DNA from: Massalongia carnosa
Lineage: Eukaryota
Assembly: GCA_965645245.1 (NCBI GenBank)
Contig: OZ287067.1
Location: 3,720,001-3,770,208 of the forward strand
Direction of reading: 5' to 3'
DNA length: 50,208 bases
The position numbers were made by a program, and so were the translations under genes. This document shows, one piece after another, positions 37,919 to 49,604 of the stretch. The notes beneath the pieces are model-generated. The model was not told the DNA's origin, ran no database searches, and saw only the letters and a list, made by a program, of their open reading frames with translations. The first letter of the stretch is position 1. The number at the start of each line of letters is the position of its first letter.

Positions 37919-40900
37919 GTGACTGACCCTAGGGAGGCAATTGCCAAGCATGCGCCCCGTTTGCAAAGAGAACCCTATATGTTGTACGACATGCAGATGG
38001 TGAAGGATCTTTCTAGTCTGAAAGCCTTGATCGATTCTGGTAGCGAAGTCAATGCTATCGCTCCAGAGTTGGTTCGATCTTTAGGTCTTCCGACCCTGCA
38101 TACCAATTGGGGTGCAGCTACGATAGATGGCTCTCGGTTGACTACCCATGGCATGGTGTTAGCCAAATTCTCTGTTGATGACAAGCTCGAACGAACTCGC
38201 TGGTTTGAGGAGACTTTTCTAATAGCAAACGTCTCTCATGATGTTGTGTTGGGGATGCCTTTTCTGAAACTCGGCAACCCGGACGTCCACTTCGCTGAAG
38301 GGTCTCTCACTTGGAGAGATTATTCTGTCTCGACTTCTTTGCCGACCGAAAGGCGCATTGAGTTAGTTGAGCCGGAGACCTTCGCAGAGGATGCTCGGGA
38401 TGATAAGTCCGCTTGCTTTGTCGTACAAGTAGCCGCCATTCTTGATGCGTTGGACGACGCTAGGCGCGTGAACCTACAGGCTATTTCGACTACAGAGGAG
38501 ATCAAGCTCCCTGTGGAATACGCCGATTATGAAGGGGTATTCTCTGCGGAGAAAGCTGACGAGTTGCCGTCGCTGACCCCGGATGATCACAGAATCGTCC
38601 TAGAGGAGGGCAAGTCGCCTCCTCATGGGCCTATCTATAGCCTCGGTCCCACGGAGTTAGAAGCTCTAAGGGGTTATATCGAAGTCAACCTCAATAACGG
38701 GTTCATCAGACCGTCGACTTCTCCTGCGGGGGCGCCTATCCTCTTTATTAGGAAGCCCAGCGGAGGATTGCGGCTATGCGTCTACTACAGGGGTCTCAAC
38801 AATATAACGATTAAAAACCGTTACCCCCTGCCGTTAGTAGGCGAGGCCCTAGATAGGCTCGGCCGAGCGAAGGAGTATACCCAGCTTGATCTCATCCATG
38901 CGTACCATAGGGTGCGAATAGCAAAGGGAGACGAGTGGAAGACTGCCTTTCGAACTCGCTATGGCCATTTCGAATATCAGGTTATGCCCTTTGGGCTTTC
39001 CAATGCACCAGCGACGTTTCAAGCTTTGATTAACAAGGTACTCGCTGAAAAACTTGATGTTTTTTGCATTGTCTATTTAGACGATATTCTCATTTACACT
39101 GGAGAGACTGGTTCAGCGCACACTGATGCGGTTAAGTTGGTGTTTGAACAGTTACGAAAGCACGGCCTGTATGCCAATTTGCAGAAGTGCCGTTTCAGTC
39201 AGAAAGAGGTTCGCTTTCTTGGGTATATTATTTCACCTGAAGGTATTCGGATGGAGAATGATAGGATAGAGAGCGTGCGCAGCTGGCCTAGACCCCAGTG
39301 CGTTCGCGATATTCAAGTCTTTATAGGCTTTGCCAATTTTTACCGCCGGTTCATCAAGGGGTTCAGTAAGATCGCTAGGCCTTTGACCGCGATGCTGAAG
39401 ACGACGGGCCCTAAGATGCCGAAATTGGACTCGTTTCTGACTGCTGAGGCGTTAGTAGCGTTCGATCAACTGAAGGGGGCCTTTGTCACGGCCCCAGTCC
39501 TCAGGCATTTCGATGCGGAGCGACATATACGCGTGGAGACTGATGCATCTGGGTATGCCATCGGTGGGATACTATCACAAAAGGACGATGAGAGTCATTG
39601 GCATCCAGTAGCCTACTTTTCTAGGAAGATGATTCCCGCGGAGTGTAATTATGAAACGCATGACGCGGAGTTGCTGGCCATTGTCGAGGCTTTTAGGCAT
39701 TGGAGGCATTATCTAGAAGGCAGCACTCATGAAGTCCTAGTTCTCACCGACCACAACAACCTAAAACGGTTCATGGATACCAAACGACTCGGCGGACGCC
39801 AGATCCGTTGGGCGCAGGAGCTCTCCCGGTATAACTTTCGGATTGACTATCGTCAGGGTTCTCACAACCCCGCACACGCCTTATCTCGCCCCGCCCAGGC
39901 TGAGACGGATGACGATGAGTTAATAGTTGAGAATAGGCAGATATTGCACCGCTTGCAGGATTCTTTGCTGTTGAACGAGCCCGTGACCATTCGGGCCTGC
40001 AAGGCATTAAGCCAACCTAAGAAGCCCCGCGAGCGTGACTACTCGCAGGGGTATAGGAAAATGATGTTAAAGGTGATTATCTGTGGGACTGCGGTGGTCC
40101 CGGACCTCGTCAAGTCATGGGCTGTTATAAGGGCAGTCGTGGCTGAAGAGGGTCCCTACACTGCAATCGGTTCATTACTTCCACGTCTTCCTGAGTTGCT
40201 TGCGGAAGACAAGGGCGCCCAGGCTGTACGGAAGAGGCTAGCTACCTCCGAAGTTAATGCGTTTTCTGGTGTTTCGGGCGAGCCCTGGAAGGAGTCCGGG
40301 GATGTCTTATATTATGAAGGCAAGCCTTATATCCCCGAGACGTTACGAACTGAGCTAATGGCGCGCCATCATGATGACCCCTTGGCGGGGCCTTTAGGCA
40401 TTGAAAAGACCCAGGAGTTGCTGACTCGGAAATACCACTGGGACACTATCAAGGTGGACGTTGAAAAGTACGTGGATGCGTGTGACGTATGCATGAGGTC
40501 GAAGTCGCAGCGGCATAAGCCGTATGGGAGTCTCCAGTCCCTGCCGATTCCCTCGCATAAGTGGAAAGACATTACGATGGACTTCGTTACAGGGCTCCCG
40601 CGCAGTTGCGACAGGCGTGGAGTAGGATATGACTCCATCCTCGTCATTGTTGACTGCCTGGCGAAGATGGTCCATTACGAAGCAGTGATGAAAACGCTGA
40701 CGGCTGAAGGCCTCGCGGAAGTAATTATGGATTCGGTCGTGAGATACCATGGGCTCCCTGACTCTATAGTTACAGACCGTGGCTCCCTGTTCACATCGCA
40801 GTTCTGGCCCTCGCTGTGCTATTTTGTTAGCATTAAGAGGCGTCTCAGCACTGCTTTTCACCCACAAACTGAAGGCCATACAGAGCGTCAGAATAGCACG

Positions 40901-41707
40901 TTGGAGGCGTACCTCCGGTCCTTTGTCTCATTCGAGCAGGACAACTGGGTGCAGTATCTGCCCATGGCTGAGTTCGCCTTCAATAACTCCAAGCACTCTA
41001 GCACCGGGTTGACTCCTTTCGAGTTGAACTGCGGTTATAATCCGCGGATGAGCTATGAGGATGAGCTGGAGCCCCGTTCGCGGTCTAGGGCGGCGGGGGC
41101 TGAGGTCGCGGAACTCAAAGAGCTTATGGACCTGTGCAAGGCAAACCTTAGAGGTGCACAAGAGTCTCAAGCTCGCTACCATAACAAGGCTACAAAGGAT
41201 CGTGTGTACAGCCCCGGCGAGTCAGTTTGGTTGGATGGCAAGCACTTTAACACGAAGAGGAATAGGAAGCTTGGACACAAGTTCCTAGGTCCATTCATGG
41301 TTATTGAGCCGATTGGCAAGCAAGCCTATCGCATCCAACTGCCGCCGCGTTGGCGAATCCACGATGTCTTTCATGTGTCTCTTCTGGAGAAGAATGGCAC
41401 TAAGAAGGGGGGAGTCGATAAAGAATTAGCGGAGCAGATAGAGTTCAATGAAAATGAACCAAAGGAGTACGAGGTCGAGAGTATTCAAGATTCGGCTGTC
41501 TATGCTAGGGAGTCGGAGGACGGGAGACCTGTAGGGCTTTATTATCTGATCCATTGGAAAGGATACCCTGAGTCTGAGGATAGCTGGGAACCGTATGCGG
41601 CCATCAAGCATTTACGCAAGATGGTGAGGTTATTCCATAGGATAATCCTTCAAAATCCACCGCAAGCGGAACCCCAGTCGATTCAGGTCCTCCACGTCCT
41701 CCTCTAG
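37919..41707 (+). CDS. pol: Gypsy F pol (PR-RT-RH-IN-chromo), open but with altered conserved residues
   Basis: 1262 aa with LIDSGS, YLDD, ETDASG, TMDFVT and YEVESIQD. Substitutions include CVYYRG, LAGPLG (HHCC His lost) and EGHTERQN. Confidence 0.92.
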   Translation: MTDPREAIAKHAPRLQREPYMLYDMQMVKDLSSLKALIDSGSEVNAIAPELVRSLGLPTLHTNWGAATIDGSRLTTHGMVLAKFSVDDKLERTRWFEETFLIANVSHDVVLGMPFLKLGNPDVHFAEGSLTWRDYSVSTSLPTERRIELVEPETFAEDARDDKSACFVVQVAAILDALDDARRVNLQAISTTEEIKLPVEYADYEGVFSAEKADELPSLTPDDHRIVLEEGKSPPHGPIYSLGPTELEALRGYIEVNLNNGFIRPSTSPAGAPILFIRKPSGGLRLCVYYRGLNNITIKNRYPLPLVGEALDRLGRAKEYTQLDLIHAYHRVRIAKGDEWKTAFRTRYGHFEYQVMPFGLSNAPATFQALINKVLAEKLDVFCIVYLDDILIYTGETGSAHTDAVKLVFEQLRKHGLYANLQKCRFSQKEVRFLGYIISPEGIRMENDRIESVRSWPRPQCVRDIQVFIGFANFYRRFIKGFSKIARPLTAMLKTTGPKMPKLDSFLTAEALVAFDQLKGAFVTAPVLRHFDAERHIRVETDASGYAIGGILSQKDDESHWHPVAYFSRKMIPAECNYETHDAELLAIVEAFRHWRHYLEGSTHEVLVLTDHNNLKRFMDTKRLGGRQIRWAQELSRYNFRIDYRQGSHNPAHALSRPAQAETDDDELIVENRQILHRLQDSLLLNEPVTIRACKALSQPKKPRERDYSQGYRKMMLKVIICGTAVVPDLVKSWAVIRAVVAEEGPYTAIGSLLPRLPELLAEDKGAQAVRKRLATSEVNAFSGVSGEPWKESGDVLYYEGKPYIPETLRTELMARHHDDPLAGPLGIEKTQELLTRKYHWDTIKVDVEKYVDACDVCMRSKSQRHKPYGSLQSLPIPSHKWKDITMDFVTGLPRSCDRRGVGYDSILVIVDCLAKMVHYEAVMKTLTAEGLAEVIMDSVVRYHGLPDSIVTDRGSLFTSQFWPSLCYFVSIKRRLSTAFHPQTEGHTERQNSTLEAYLRSFVSFEQDNWVQYLPMAEFAFNNSKHSSTGLTPFELNCGYNPRMSYEDELEPRSRSRAAGAEVAELKELMDLCKANLRGAQESQARYHNKATKDRVYSPGESVWLDGKHFNTKRNRKLGHKFLGPFMVIEPIGKQAYRIQLPPRWRIHDVFHVSLLEKNGTKKGGVDKELAEQIEFNENEPKEYEVESIQDSAVYARESEDGRPVGLYYLIHWKGYPESEDSWEPYAAIKHLRKMVRLFHRIILQNPPQAEPQSIQVLHVLL

Positions 41708-42680
41708 CGAAGAAATCGACGTACTCCGCGCTGCAGCCGGACTCCCCGCCTGGCCCTGTCGATGAGGCTTTGCCTTTAACCTCGCAAGTGGGGGTCGACT
41801 TGGTAACACCGCTGCGTCTAGGACGTCCCACGAGGGGTCGTCGGCAGTTAGGTATAGATGACGCTGGCGCGGCTGGGACGGTCCATACGCGCAAGAAGCC
41901 GCGAGTCTGGTCCTAAGGGACAGGCGAAGAAGTCCAATGCTGCGGCATTGGCAGTGAGTATGTAAGTCGGTGCCTAATGGCCGGAAGGGGCTGCATACTC
42001 ACAAGGGGACCGTCGGCGCAGTGGATCATTCGGCTAGGCCGTACCTGTCATGACAGCGATGCCTTTTTGCCTCTGTCCCAAAGGGTCAGAGGGTTTTTAT
42101 GGAGTTGTCTAGGTACGCACCCTAGGTCGTCATGAGGCTATCTTTTGCAGTGCATGTCTCGGATGGGACTCGACCATAGGAGGGAGGCAGTTGTAATAGG
42201 GTAGGCCTAGTATGCGTTCGTTGAACGTAAGACTGGCCTATGTGGCTATGTGGGATACGTACAGCCAAAACAACCACCAAGACAATAAGGTCCCGCCTAA
42301 CCCAGTTAGGCATAGTGTGGGGACTTAACTTATTATGGAGGTGTTTTCGTAGTACACGAAGTATCCCCTCGCCTCGCCTCACCTCCCCTAGCTCACCTGC
42401 CTAGTCTTATCTACCCGTGTCTTTCGGTGTCCGAAGTATTTCGGAGTCCGAAAATACCAGGTAGTATGGGCAAGGTATGGAAGAAGAGCTTAGGTTATGG
42501 ATTGTCCTATCCTATATAGATCAATGATCAAGCACTTCAAAAGGGTAGCATTTAGTCTACCCTTTGACCCGACCCAACCTATTTGTACCTCTATTGTGAC
42601 CATCACGTTGTGTAGCCCCTGTGGATCCCATCTTCCAGTAGTGAATGCCTGCTGGGAGAAGGTCTCCCCGTTTCAATAGC

Positions 42681-42731
42681 ATAGAAAAAAATAGTATCTG
42701 AGAGATCGAGGCCCTGGTTATTAGTCCGAAA
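42681..42731 (-). repeat. Probable outer part of the Copia B 5' LTR
   Basis: Follows the last ATAGC and ends TCCGAAA, one mismatch from TCCGACA, the inverted match of TGTCGGA at 16525. Confidence 0.55.
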
Positions 42732-43064
42732 TCACGTGCTTTTCCTTCAACAGGATCTTACTCCGGGAATTGGCTTGAACCACGGTCTATTAAAATCGAC
42801 AATTTAATGTATCAAAGATTGTCCCGTAATTAATTTAGGTTTGCGAACAGTATTTCAAGTAACGAAAGATTTTTGGAAATAACTGTCGAATGAATCTGTT
42901 CTTCTCATCGAATAACTTTTACATGAAGCTCTAATGGTCTGGTCGGCAACGGGACTCGCGGAAGAGATTCTCCTTTCTCCTCTTTGTTTCCTCCTCTTTG
43001 TTTCCGAGCTAACATTGTTCCTGAAGCCGACACCTCTAATTCGAATAAATATCATCTTAAATCA

Positions 43065-45017
43065 TGTCAGCTCCGGTTCAAACTCTCTGACATGTATATG
43101 TAAGAGAACCTGCGTCTTTATTTCCAAGTCCAATCCCTAGGCAATACGAATTTCTCCAGGCACCCGTTCACCATCGCAAATAATGAATCAACTTTCGTCA
43201 TCCAGCTTACGCCCCTGATGATAACATCCTGTTCACGTTATATGCTTGGGAGCATGACGAAGATGGAATACACCATGGCTTAGCAGACGGCGCATGTTCT
43301 ATATTCGCAGGCAATTGTACCAATGGTTACTTGAGCAGAACCTGCGAAGGCGAGCATGGCGAGCGCATCTTGGCTTCCTAGGACGACGTTTTGCCTGCCG
43401 CGATCGCAGACTATTACTTTTATATTCCTTATCCCTTAGGTACGTATTGCGCATTCAAACGTTTAATCATGAGAGGTGAGAAGCAACTGAAACACAACAA
43501 CTGACATCATGAAACTCCTCGTGCCAGACTCGTCGGTGCCTTTCAACAATGAATCTCGATCGCCTTATCGATGGCCGGTCGTGCCCACCTTTCAAGACTG
43601 GACTTTTCCGAGAGATCTGCCAGAGACCTGAACGCGGTGCAGGCGTATTCAAGACGCAGGTTTGAATACTATCTCACAGTCCAGTTTGACGGCAGCGATA
43701 CGCCAACGCGATGTCACATGTCGTATTACGGCATTTGAGAGTGGTACGGAAGTTGCACACTTGATCCCAGAACACGAAAGACAATGGTTTCTGTCAAATT
43801 TCATGAGCGAATGGAATTCTTTCTTGACGCTAGATCCAGGAAACCTTCTAAGAGATGCCGGTAATGCGGTCTTGTTGAGATCCGATACGCATAAGTCTTT
43901 CGATCAGCGCAGATTTGTATTCTTCCCTAAAGACTCCGACGGCTTTATGCTACATATGCTAGAACCAAGTTCGGATATTGGACAACTATATCATAGTACT
44001 CGTCTCAGCATTACCCAATGCAGTTTGGAGTTCCTATTTACGAGGTTCGCCTGGTCTATATTTCCTTTCCTGTTAGGATTCCTCAGTAGATCAAGGAGCC
44101 GACTAGTTTCTCGGTTGAAAAGGGACACAGGCGAACGAGTTGTTGAGGAGATCACGAACGCGGTCGTGCTTGGGAGACAAGCAGCGGCTTCCCGCAGCAA
44201 CAGTCCTACCAAACGATTCAGGGTGGCCGCAGATTTAATCAATGAAGATGCCGAGTACGACTCGGAACATCAACGAATTCGTGGAGAAACGAGTGCTAAA
44301 TCCTTATTTGATTATACATTGCCTACTCTTGAAGACGATTGTCATGGAGTGACTGGGCACCTGCCAGTTATTTCATTGAACCAACCTTAGCTGCTTGAAC
44401 GAAGCACTAGCTGGCTAGCCGATCCGAAAGGAACTAAGCTTAATCCGGTTTAGTCAGGGCAAAGGTAAGTGTTCCGGCTGAAGGTAAGTGTTCCGGCTGA
44501 AGGTAAGTGTTCGGACTGTCAATAGTGTCATAGCGATAGTTTCATGCCAGGGACTTGGGAAATTGTATCAACGGCTGGATTGGGACTGGTTCCGTTCGCC
44601 AGAGACTTATACTCGCCCACGTTGGATTTTCTGTTTCTTTTCTCCTTGTCGAACGTCTTGTACACCTAGCTAGACAATCAAGTAATACGTTTGCACCATC
44701 TGAATTTCTACCTGACCTCGCACCGTGACAACGATGACAAAGTCGAACAATTAGAACGATATCCCTATGATCACAAAAGAAAATGCGCTCTATCTACGTG
44801 GCATCCTGAAAATGAGAAGATTAATGATATAGACAAAGAAAGTGGCTACATTGAAGAGCTTCGGCAAGACGCACTTGCACAGCAGAGACCAGCAGGGTAT
44901 AATCCACGGCCACCACCACATGACAAGCATAGACCTGCGAGAGAAGAGCTGGAATTGATGGGCGTGGAGATATTCTCTGACCTAGAAGATGATAATTTCC
45001 TCGACCATGTCATGTGA
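43065..45017 (+). pseudogene. Fungal HNH-type (HNH_2-like) nuclease gene, decayed and split by a solo LTR
   Basis: Core RDVTCRIT..EVAHLIP..NAVLLRSDTHKSFD. Upstream DGIHHGLA..ACSIFAGN and VPTFQDWTF. The C-terminus resumes at 44731. The start is approximate. Confidence 0.78.
44340..44730 (+). mobile_element. Solo LTR family X, copy 2
   Basis: TSD ACGAT. Internal 19-bp unit AAGGTAAGTGTTCCGGCTG is expanded to ~3 copies. Confidence 0.95.
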
Positions 45018-45924
45018 AGCTCATTTTCTCGCAATTGAAAAAACCAAGATGGCTTTTCCGCAGCTCGTACGACAGAGGCTGGGAAAAATTCATCAGCATT
45101 TGGGAGACCGAGGAGGAGAGTGTACATAGTTGTCAGGGCGATTTGGTAGGCAGTCATGCGGCCTAATGACTCATATTGCTTTTGGGAAGGCATTCTTGAG
45201 TTGTCGGAGGCGAGAAAGAGAGAAGGCAATAATTCAATAAAGGCTTTATCGAAGTATCTGTCAGGGTCCTGGCCTGACCCGACATGCTCTGGTAGTCACG
45301 GGACAGCGTGACTCCCCTAAGCAGTAGCGCGCGTCGCTTGACTGGCTAACGCACCACGGTAGATTATTTTCAGGGGTTCAGCGATGATTATTCTTTTTTT
45401 TCCTTCCTTGTAGTTAAATTCTAGTTCATAGCTACTGAATAATATCAGCGCAAGCTGCCTGACATAATTTAACTACCTTTAATGCTTATTAGAACTCTTC
45501 CAGTCTTCTAAAACTTTCAGTACATCTAGAAAGGGACAACGACCTGCTCCTTTAGCTTTCCAGAACGACCACTCGTGAGAATCCGAGCTGGTTCTCACTC
45601 CAGAACCTTTAAAACCTCCAGAATCGAAAGACAGAGCTCTTTCACCTCCAGAGCACAGTCATGAGTTCGAAAACTCCCCTGACTGCTCATGAAATCGGAA
45701 TCAGGGGTGAAGGTTAGAACACAAGTAGTGGATTTTTTCGGCGCAATCGATCGGCAAGGACTTCAATCATCATTCTCATTCAATCGTTTACCATTGTAAG
45801 CGTTGATGGTTGCATTGTGATGATTCAAATAGGATAAGTCATGTCACTAAACTCTGCCGGAGCGCCATACCGCGCTAACCGAATTCGGGTTTTTTCCTGT
45901 ATTTCACATGCGAATCCTAATCCT

Positions 45925-47243
45925 AACTACGAGAAGTGATTGATCATGCGATGATATGAATAATATGATCATGCGATGAGATCATGCGATGAGTAACTTA
46001 GACCTGTCATTGATTTGATATTCTTAGCTACCGTTCTTTTCTCGTTTCACCTACCGCGCTAACCGAATTAGGGTTTTTTCCTAAATTCCTCATCTCTAGA
46101 ACTTCAACTGCTCAGCGTCACTCTTCCTCGATCATGCCTTCTACGGAGTCATTGAAAAAATTATGTGGTAGTCCTCGAAAGTACTCTACTGCTGATGAAG
46201 CTGCAGCGGCCAAGAGACGGCAGAGTCAAGGTTATTACCACAATCAATCGCGCCCAGTTGGTCTTGCAGGTCCCGTCGACTTTGTGCCTACGAGCCTCTA
46301 TCTACATCCGATATCCCTCGCGACAGCCTGCCAGTCATTGGTCTGCGAAGCAGCCTCCACATACCAATCCCTCCGGGTCGCGATATAGCGGAAGACTGTG
46401 AAGAAGAGCTTGAGCCCGAAGCATACTAAGGATAATCCCCCTCGAACTGCAACTCCAAATTCCCTACACGAGGAACCCGAAATCGTTCAACAAGTTGAGA
46501 AAATACGCACAGAGGAGGTGACGGATACTGAAGACGCAGACTATGATGTGGAGGTCATGGCACGCTTGGAAGAGTCGGCAGTCTATCTCGAGGCAGCAGC
46601 AGCGCTCTAGGTACTACGAATTGGGCAACAAGAGAGGTAGGAGAGTAGCAAGGCCGGGTCACCGTATTCTGACTACGCCGACCAGCAGTTTAGTGATTTC
46701 AAATCAGCAGCACCTAGAAACAACAGCACACTAATTCATAGTCCACCGGATACAGATATACAACAGGGCAGTTCACCGCATACTGCAGATACATGACACA
46801 GTCACAGCAGGATTTCCAAGGCTCAGTCAAGTAGCACCTGTAGTAGACGTAGGACTTCGTTCCCAACGCCGATAAACACGCTATTATCATGGATGAAGCC
46901 CATGACAGGTGTCGATTCTAACCCTACTTCGCCCACTTCACGCCTATCTCCAAGCATTGCTATATCTACACCTCCGCCCTCGGATTTTCATTAACCTGCT
47001 GGATCCGTCGAAGCACCACCACCCGTGCCTTCAAGAAAACCCCCCCTAGGCCAAAGTCCACAACCAGCAGTACAGCAGGTACCGTGTAGCGCGCAAAGTG
47101 CCCACATCGGAAATCTAAGTCCCGATTAACTAGAGAGCACATCCACTAAGCTGACCAAGCAGCTACGTAAATTCCGGAGCTGTACTCATGAGCAGAATAC
47201 CGAAGCCGCTCGCTAGCATGAAGAAAACTACCAACGCGGAGGT
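45925..47243 (+). pseudogene. Duplicated subtelomeric unit, copy 1: unknown gene remnant (ATG 46134) with upstream region
   Basis: Aligns by eye with 48190-49604 (TAACTACGAGAAGTGAT, ADEAAAAKRRQS, EEPEIxxQVEKIRTEEVT). Multiple stops. Confidence 0.75.
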
Positions 47244-47673
47244 ATGCAAGCGTTGTTGGTTGAGTTGTGATAGATAAATGTAAGGTGTCCTTTATAGCAC
47301 GTCGACCTAGATAGAAATCTAATAGGGATTATGTACGAAAACTAGTAAGATGAAGAAAGAAAGCTATGTACAGATCGCCGGTTAATAAACACTCATACCC
47401 GTGCTAAGCCTAATGCAGGTTTTCATCACCGTCGTTGAACTGCTCATACCACGCGTGTTAATAATATCGCTACAAGCAGTGCTAAATCCGTTTTCGGTTA
47501 GATAAGTTGAATAGCACTACGTCATGTGTTGCCTGAGGTTAGAGCGTTGTAATCCGTGACATCCTTGAGAATTACATGAATTGGAAAGGCGGTCGTGTAA
47601 CTAACTCGATTCTGCAGGAGCACATTGCCCAATTGAGTTTTTTCCTGATTTTTAGTAACACTTAATCCCGACC

Positions 47674-48162
47674 TGTCACGGACAAGGTCCAGATAGGGAG
47701 ATATACAAGAGTTACTATTTAGAAAGCTAGGTCTAGGGATAGTATACAAGACGTCCGACGAAGAGCTCTAAACACCTGAGAAACCACATAGGTTTTATAG
47801 CCATGGCTTCCAACTCCCCTATTCTTGACTTGCCCTCATCTCTGTTCCTGTTCTAATTTCCTAACCATGATCGCTTTGACTGTTCCGTCTTTCTCCATGC
47901 CGAAGCAATCTCTCTCTGCTGGGCAATCCCAGTCGTAGGCTTGGATAGTGGAGACGTTGAGATTGGATTCGGAATATAGGAGTTTGGGAGTGCACTGAAG
48001 GCAGCGGAAGAACGTCTGAACACATGGGGCGAGGTTTCAGGATAGTTCGGAATACCGGGCCACGATTTTATTCAACATGCAGGGCAGGTTTCACGGCAAG
48101 AGAGCCTGTTAAATACTAACCCGATCAGGAAACGTGGGAGGGTGCGAGGTAATTCCATGACA
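47674..48162 (-). mobile_element. Solo LTR of the Gypsy E family
   Basis: Reverse complement of 22999-23488 with several differences. TSD CGACC. Confidence 0.96.
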
Positions 48163-48189
48163 CGACCTGATTCAAGTGATCAAGTAATG

Positions 48190-49604
48190 TAACTACGAGA
48201 AGTGATCATGCGATAACTAGCTTAGACCTACCATTGATTTTAAATTCTTAGCTGCCGTACAGGTGGATTTTATTGATGTGTTCTAGTATCGTGTACCGCG
48301 CTAACCAAATTAGGGTATGTTCCTGAATCCCCCATGTTCAAGAGTTATCGCGGTCGCTAGTCATCTCTAAGACCTCGACTGCTCAGCGTCACTCTTCCCC
48401 AATCATGTCTTCTCCGGAGCCATAGAAAAAACCAGGTGGTAGGCCTCGAAAGGACTCTACTGCTGATGAAGCTGCAGCGGCCAAGAGACGGCAAAGTCGA
48501 GGTTATTACCACAATCCTTCGCGCCCGGTTGGTCTTGCAGGTCCCGTCGACTTTGATGCCTACGAGCCTCTACCTACATCCGATATCCCTAGCGACACCC
48601 TGCCTGCTGTCATGGAGTGACTGGGAACCTGCCAGTTAGTTCATTGGATCAACTTTAGCTGCTTGAACGAAGCACTAGCCGGTTAGCCGATCCGAAAGGA
48701 ACTAAGCTTAATCCGGTTCAGTCAGGGCAAAGGTAAGTGTTCCGACTATCAATAGTGTCATGGCGATAGTTTCATGCTAGGGACTTGGGGAAATTGGATC
48801 AACGGCTGGATTGGGACTAGTTCCGTTCGCCAGAGTCTTATACTCGCCCACTTTGGATTTTCTGTTTCTTTTCTCCTTGTCGAACGTCTTGTCCACCTAG
48901 CTAGACAATCAAGTAACACGTTTGCACCACCTGAATTACTACCTAACCTCGCACCGTGACACCTGCAATTGGTCTGCGAACCAGCCTCCACATACCAATC
49001 CCTCCGGATCGCGATATAGCGGAAGACTGTGAGGAAGAGCTGGAACCCGAAGCATTCCTAACCCAGAACAACCCTCCTCGAACTGCAAGTCCAAATTCCC
49101 TGCATGAGGAGCCCGAAATCATTCGACAAGTTGAGAAAATACGCACAGAGGAGGTGACAAACACTGAAGACGCAGACTTTGATGCGGAGGTCACGGCACG
49201 CTTGGAGGAGTCGGCAGCCCATCTCGAGGCAGCAGCAGTGCTCCAGGCACTACGAATTGGGCAACAAGAGAGGCAGGAGAGCAGCAAGGCTGGGTCACAG
49301 TATTCTGACTACGCCGCCTAGTAGTTCAGTGATGTCGAATCAGTAATATCTAGACACAACAGAACATCGATTCATAGTCCACCGAGTACAGATATACAAC
49401 AGGGCAGTTCAGCGCATACTGCAGATACAAAAATACAGCATACCGCGTAGCGCGCAGAGTGCCCACATCGCAAATCTGAGCCCTGATCAACTAGAGAGCA
49501 CATCCTCTAAGCTGGCCAAGTAGCTACGTAAATTCCGGTGCTGCACTCATGAGCAGCATACCGAAGCCGATCGCCAGCATGAAGAACACCAACAACGCCG
49601 AGAT
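48190..49604 (+). pseudogene. Duplicated subtelomeric unit, copy 2 (ATG 48405), truncated at the telomere tract
   Basis: MSSPEP*KKPGGRPRKDSTADEAAAAKRR. Carries a solo LTR at 48608 and lacks ~280 bp present in copy 1. Confidence 0.75.
48608..48961 (+). mobile_element. Solo LTR family X, copy 3
   Basis: TGTCA...TGACA, TSD CCTGC. Confidence 0.95.

Larger units (their letters stand above)
36020..42675 (+). mobile_element. Gypsy chromovirus F, full-length
   Basis: LTRs at 36020-36504 and 42192-42675 with few differences. TSD ATAGC. PPT AGGAGGGAGGCAG before 42192. Confidence 0.96.

Noticed and set aside
39771..41611. Antisense ORFs over Gypsy F pol (similar ones occur over other pol genes)
   Set aside because: They are shadow frames of long coding regions with no motifs.
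45259..45350. TGTCAGG start and short hairpin GTCACG..CGTGAC
   Set aside because: No partner terminus or TSD was found, so it is too weak to call an element or RNA.
47252..47561. Possible additional solo LTR (TGTTGG...GTGACA)
   Set aside because: LTR-like composition, but no matching TSD or second copy was found.
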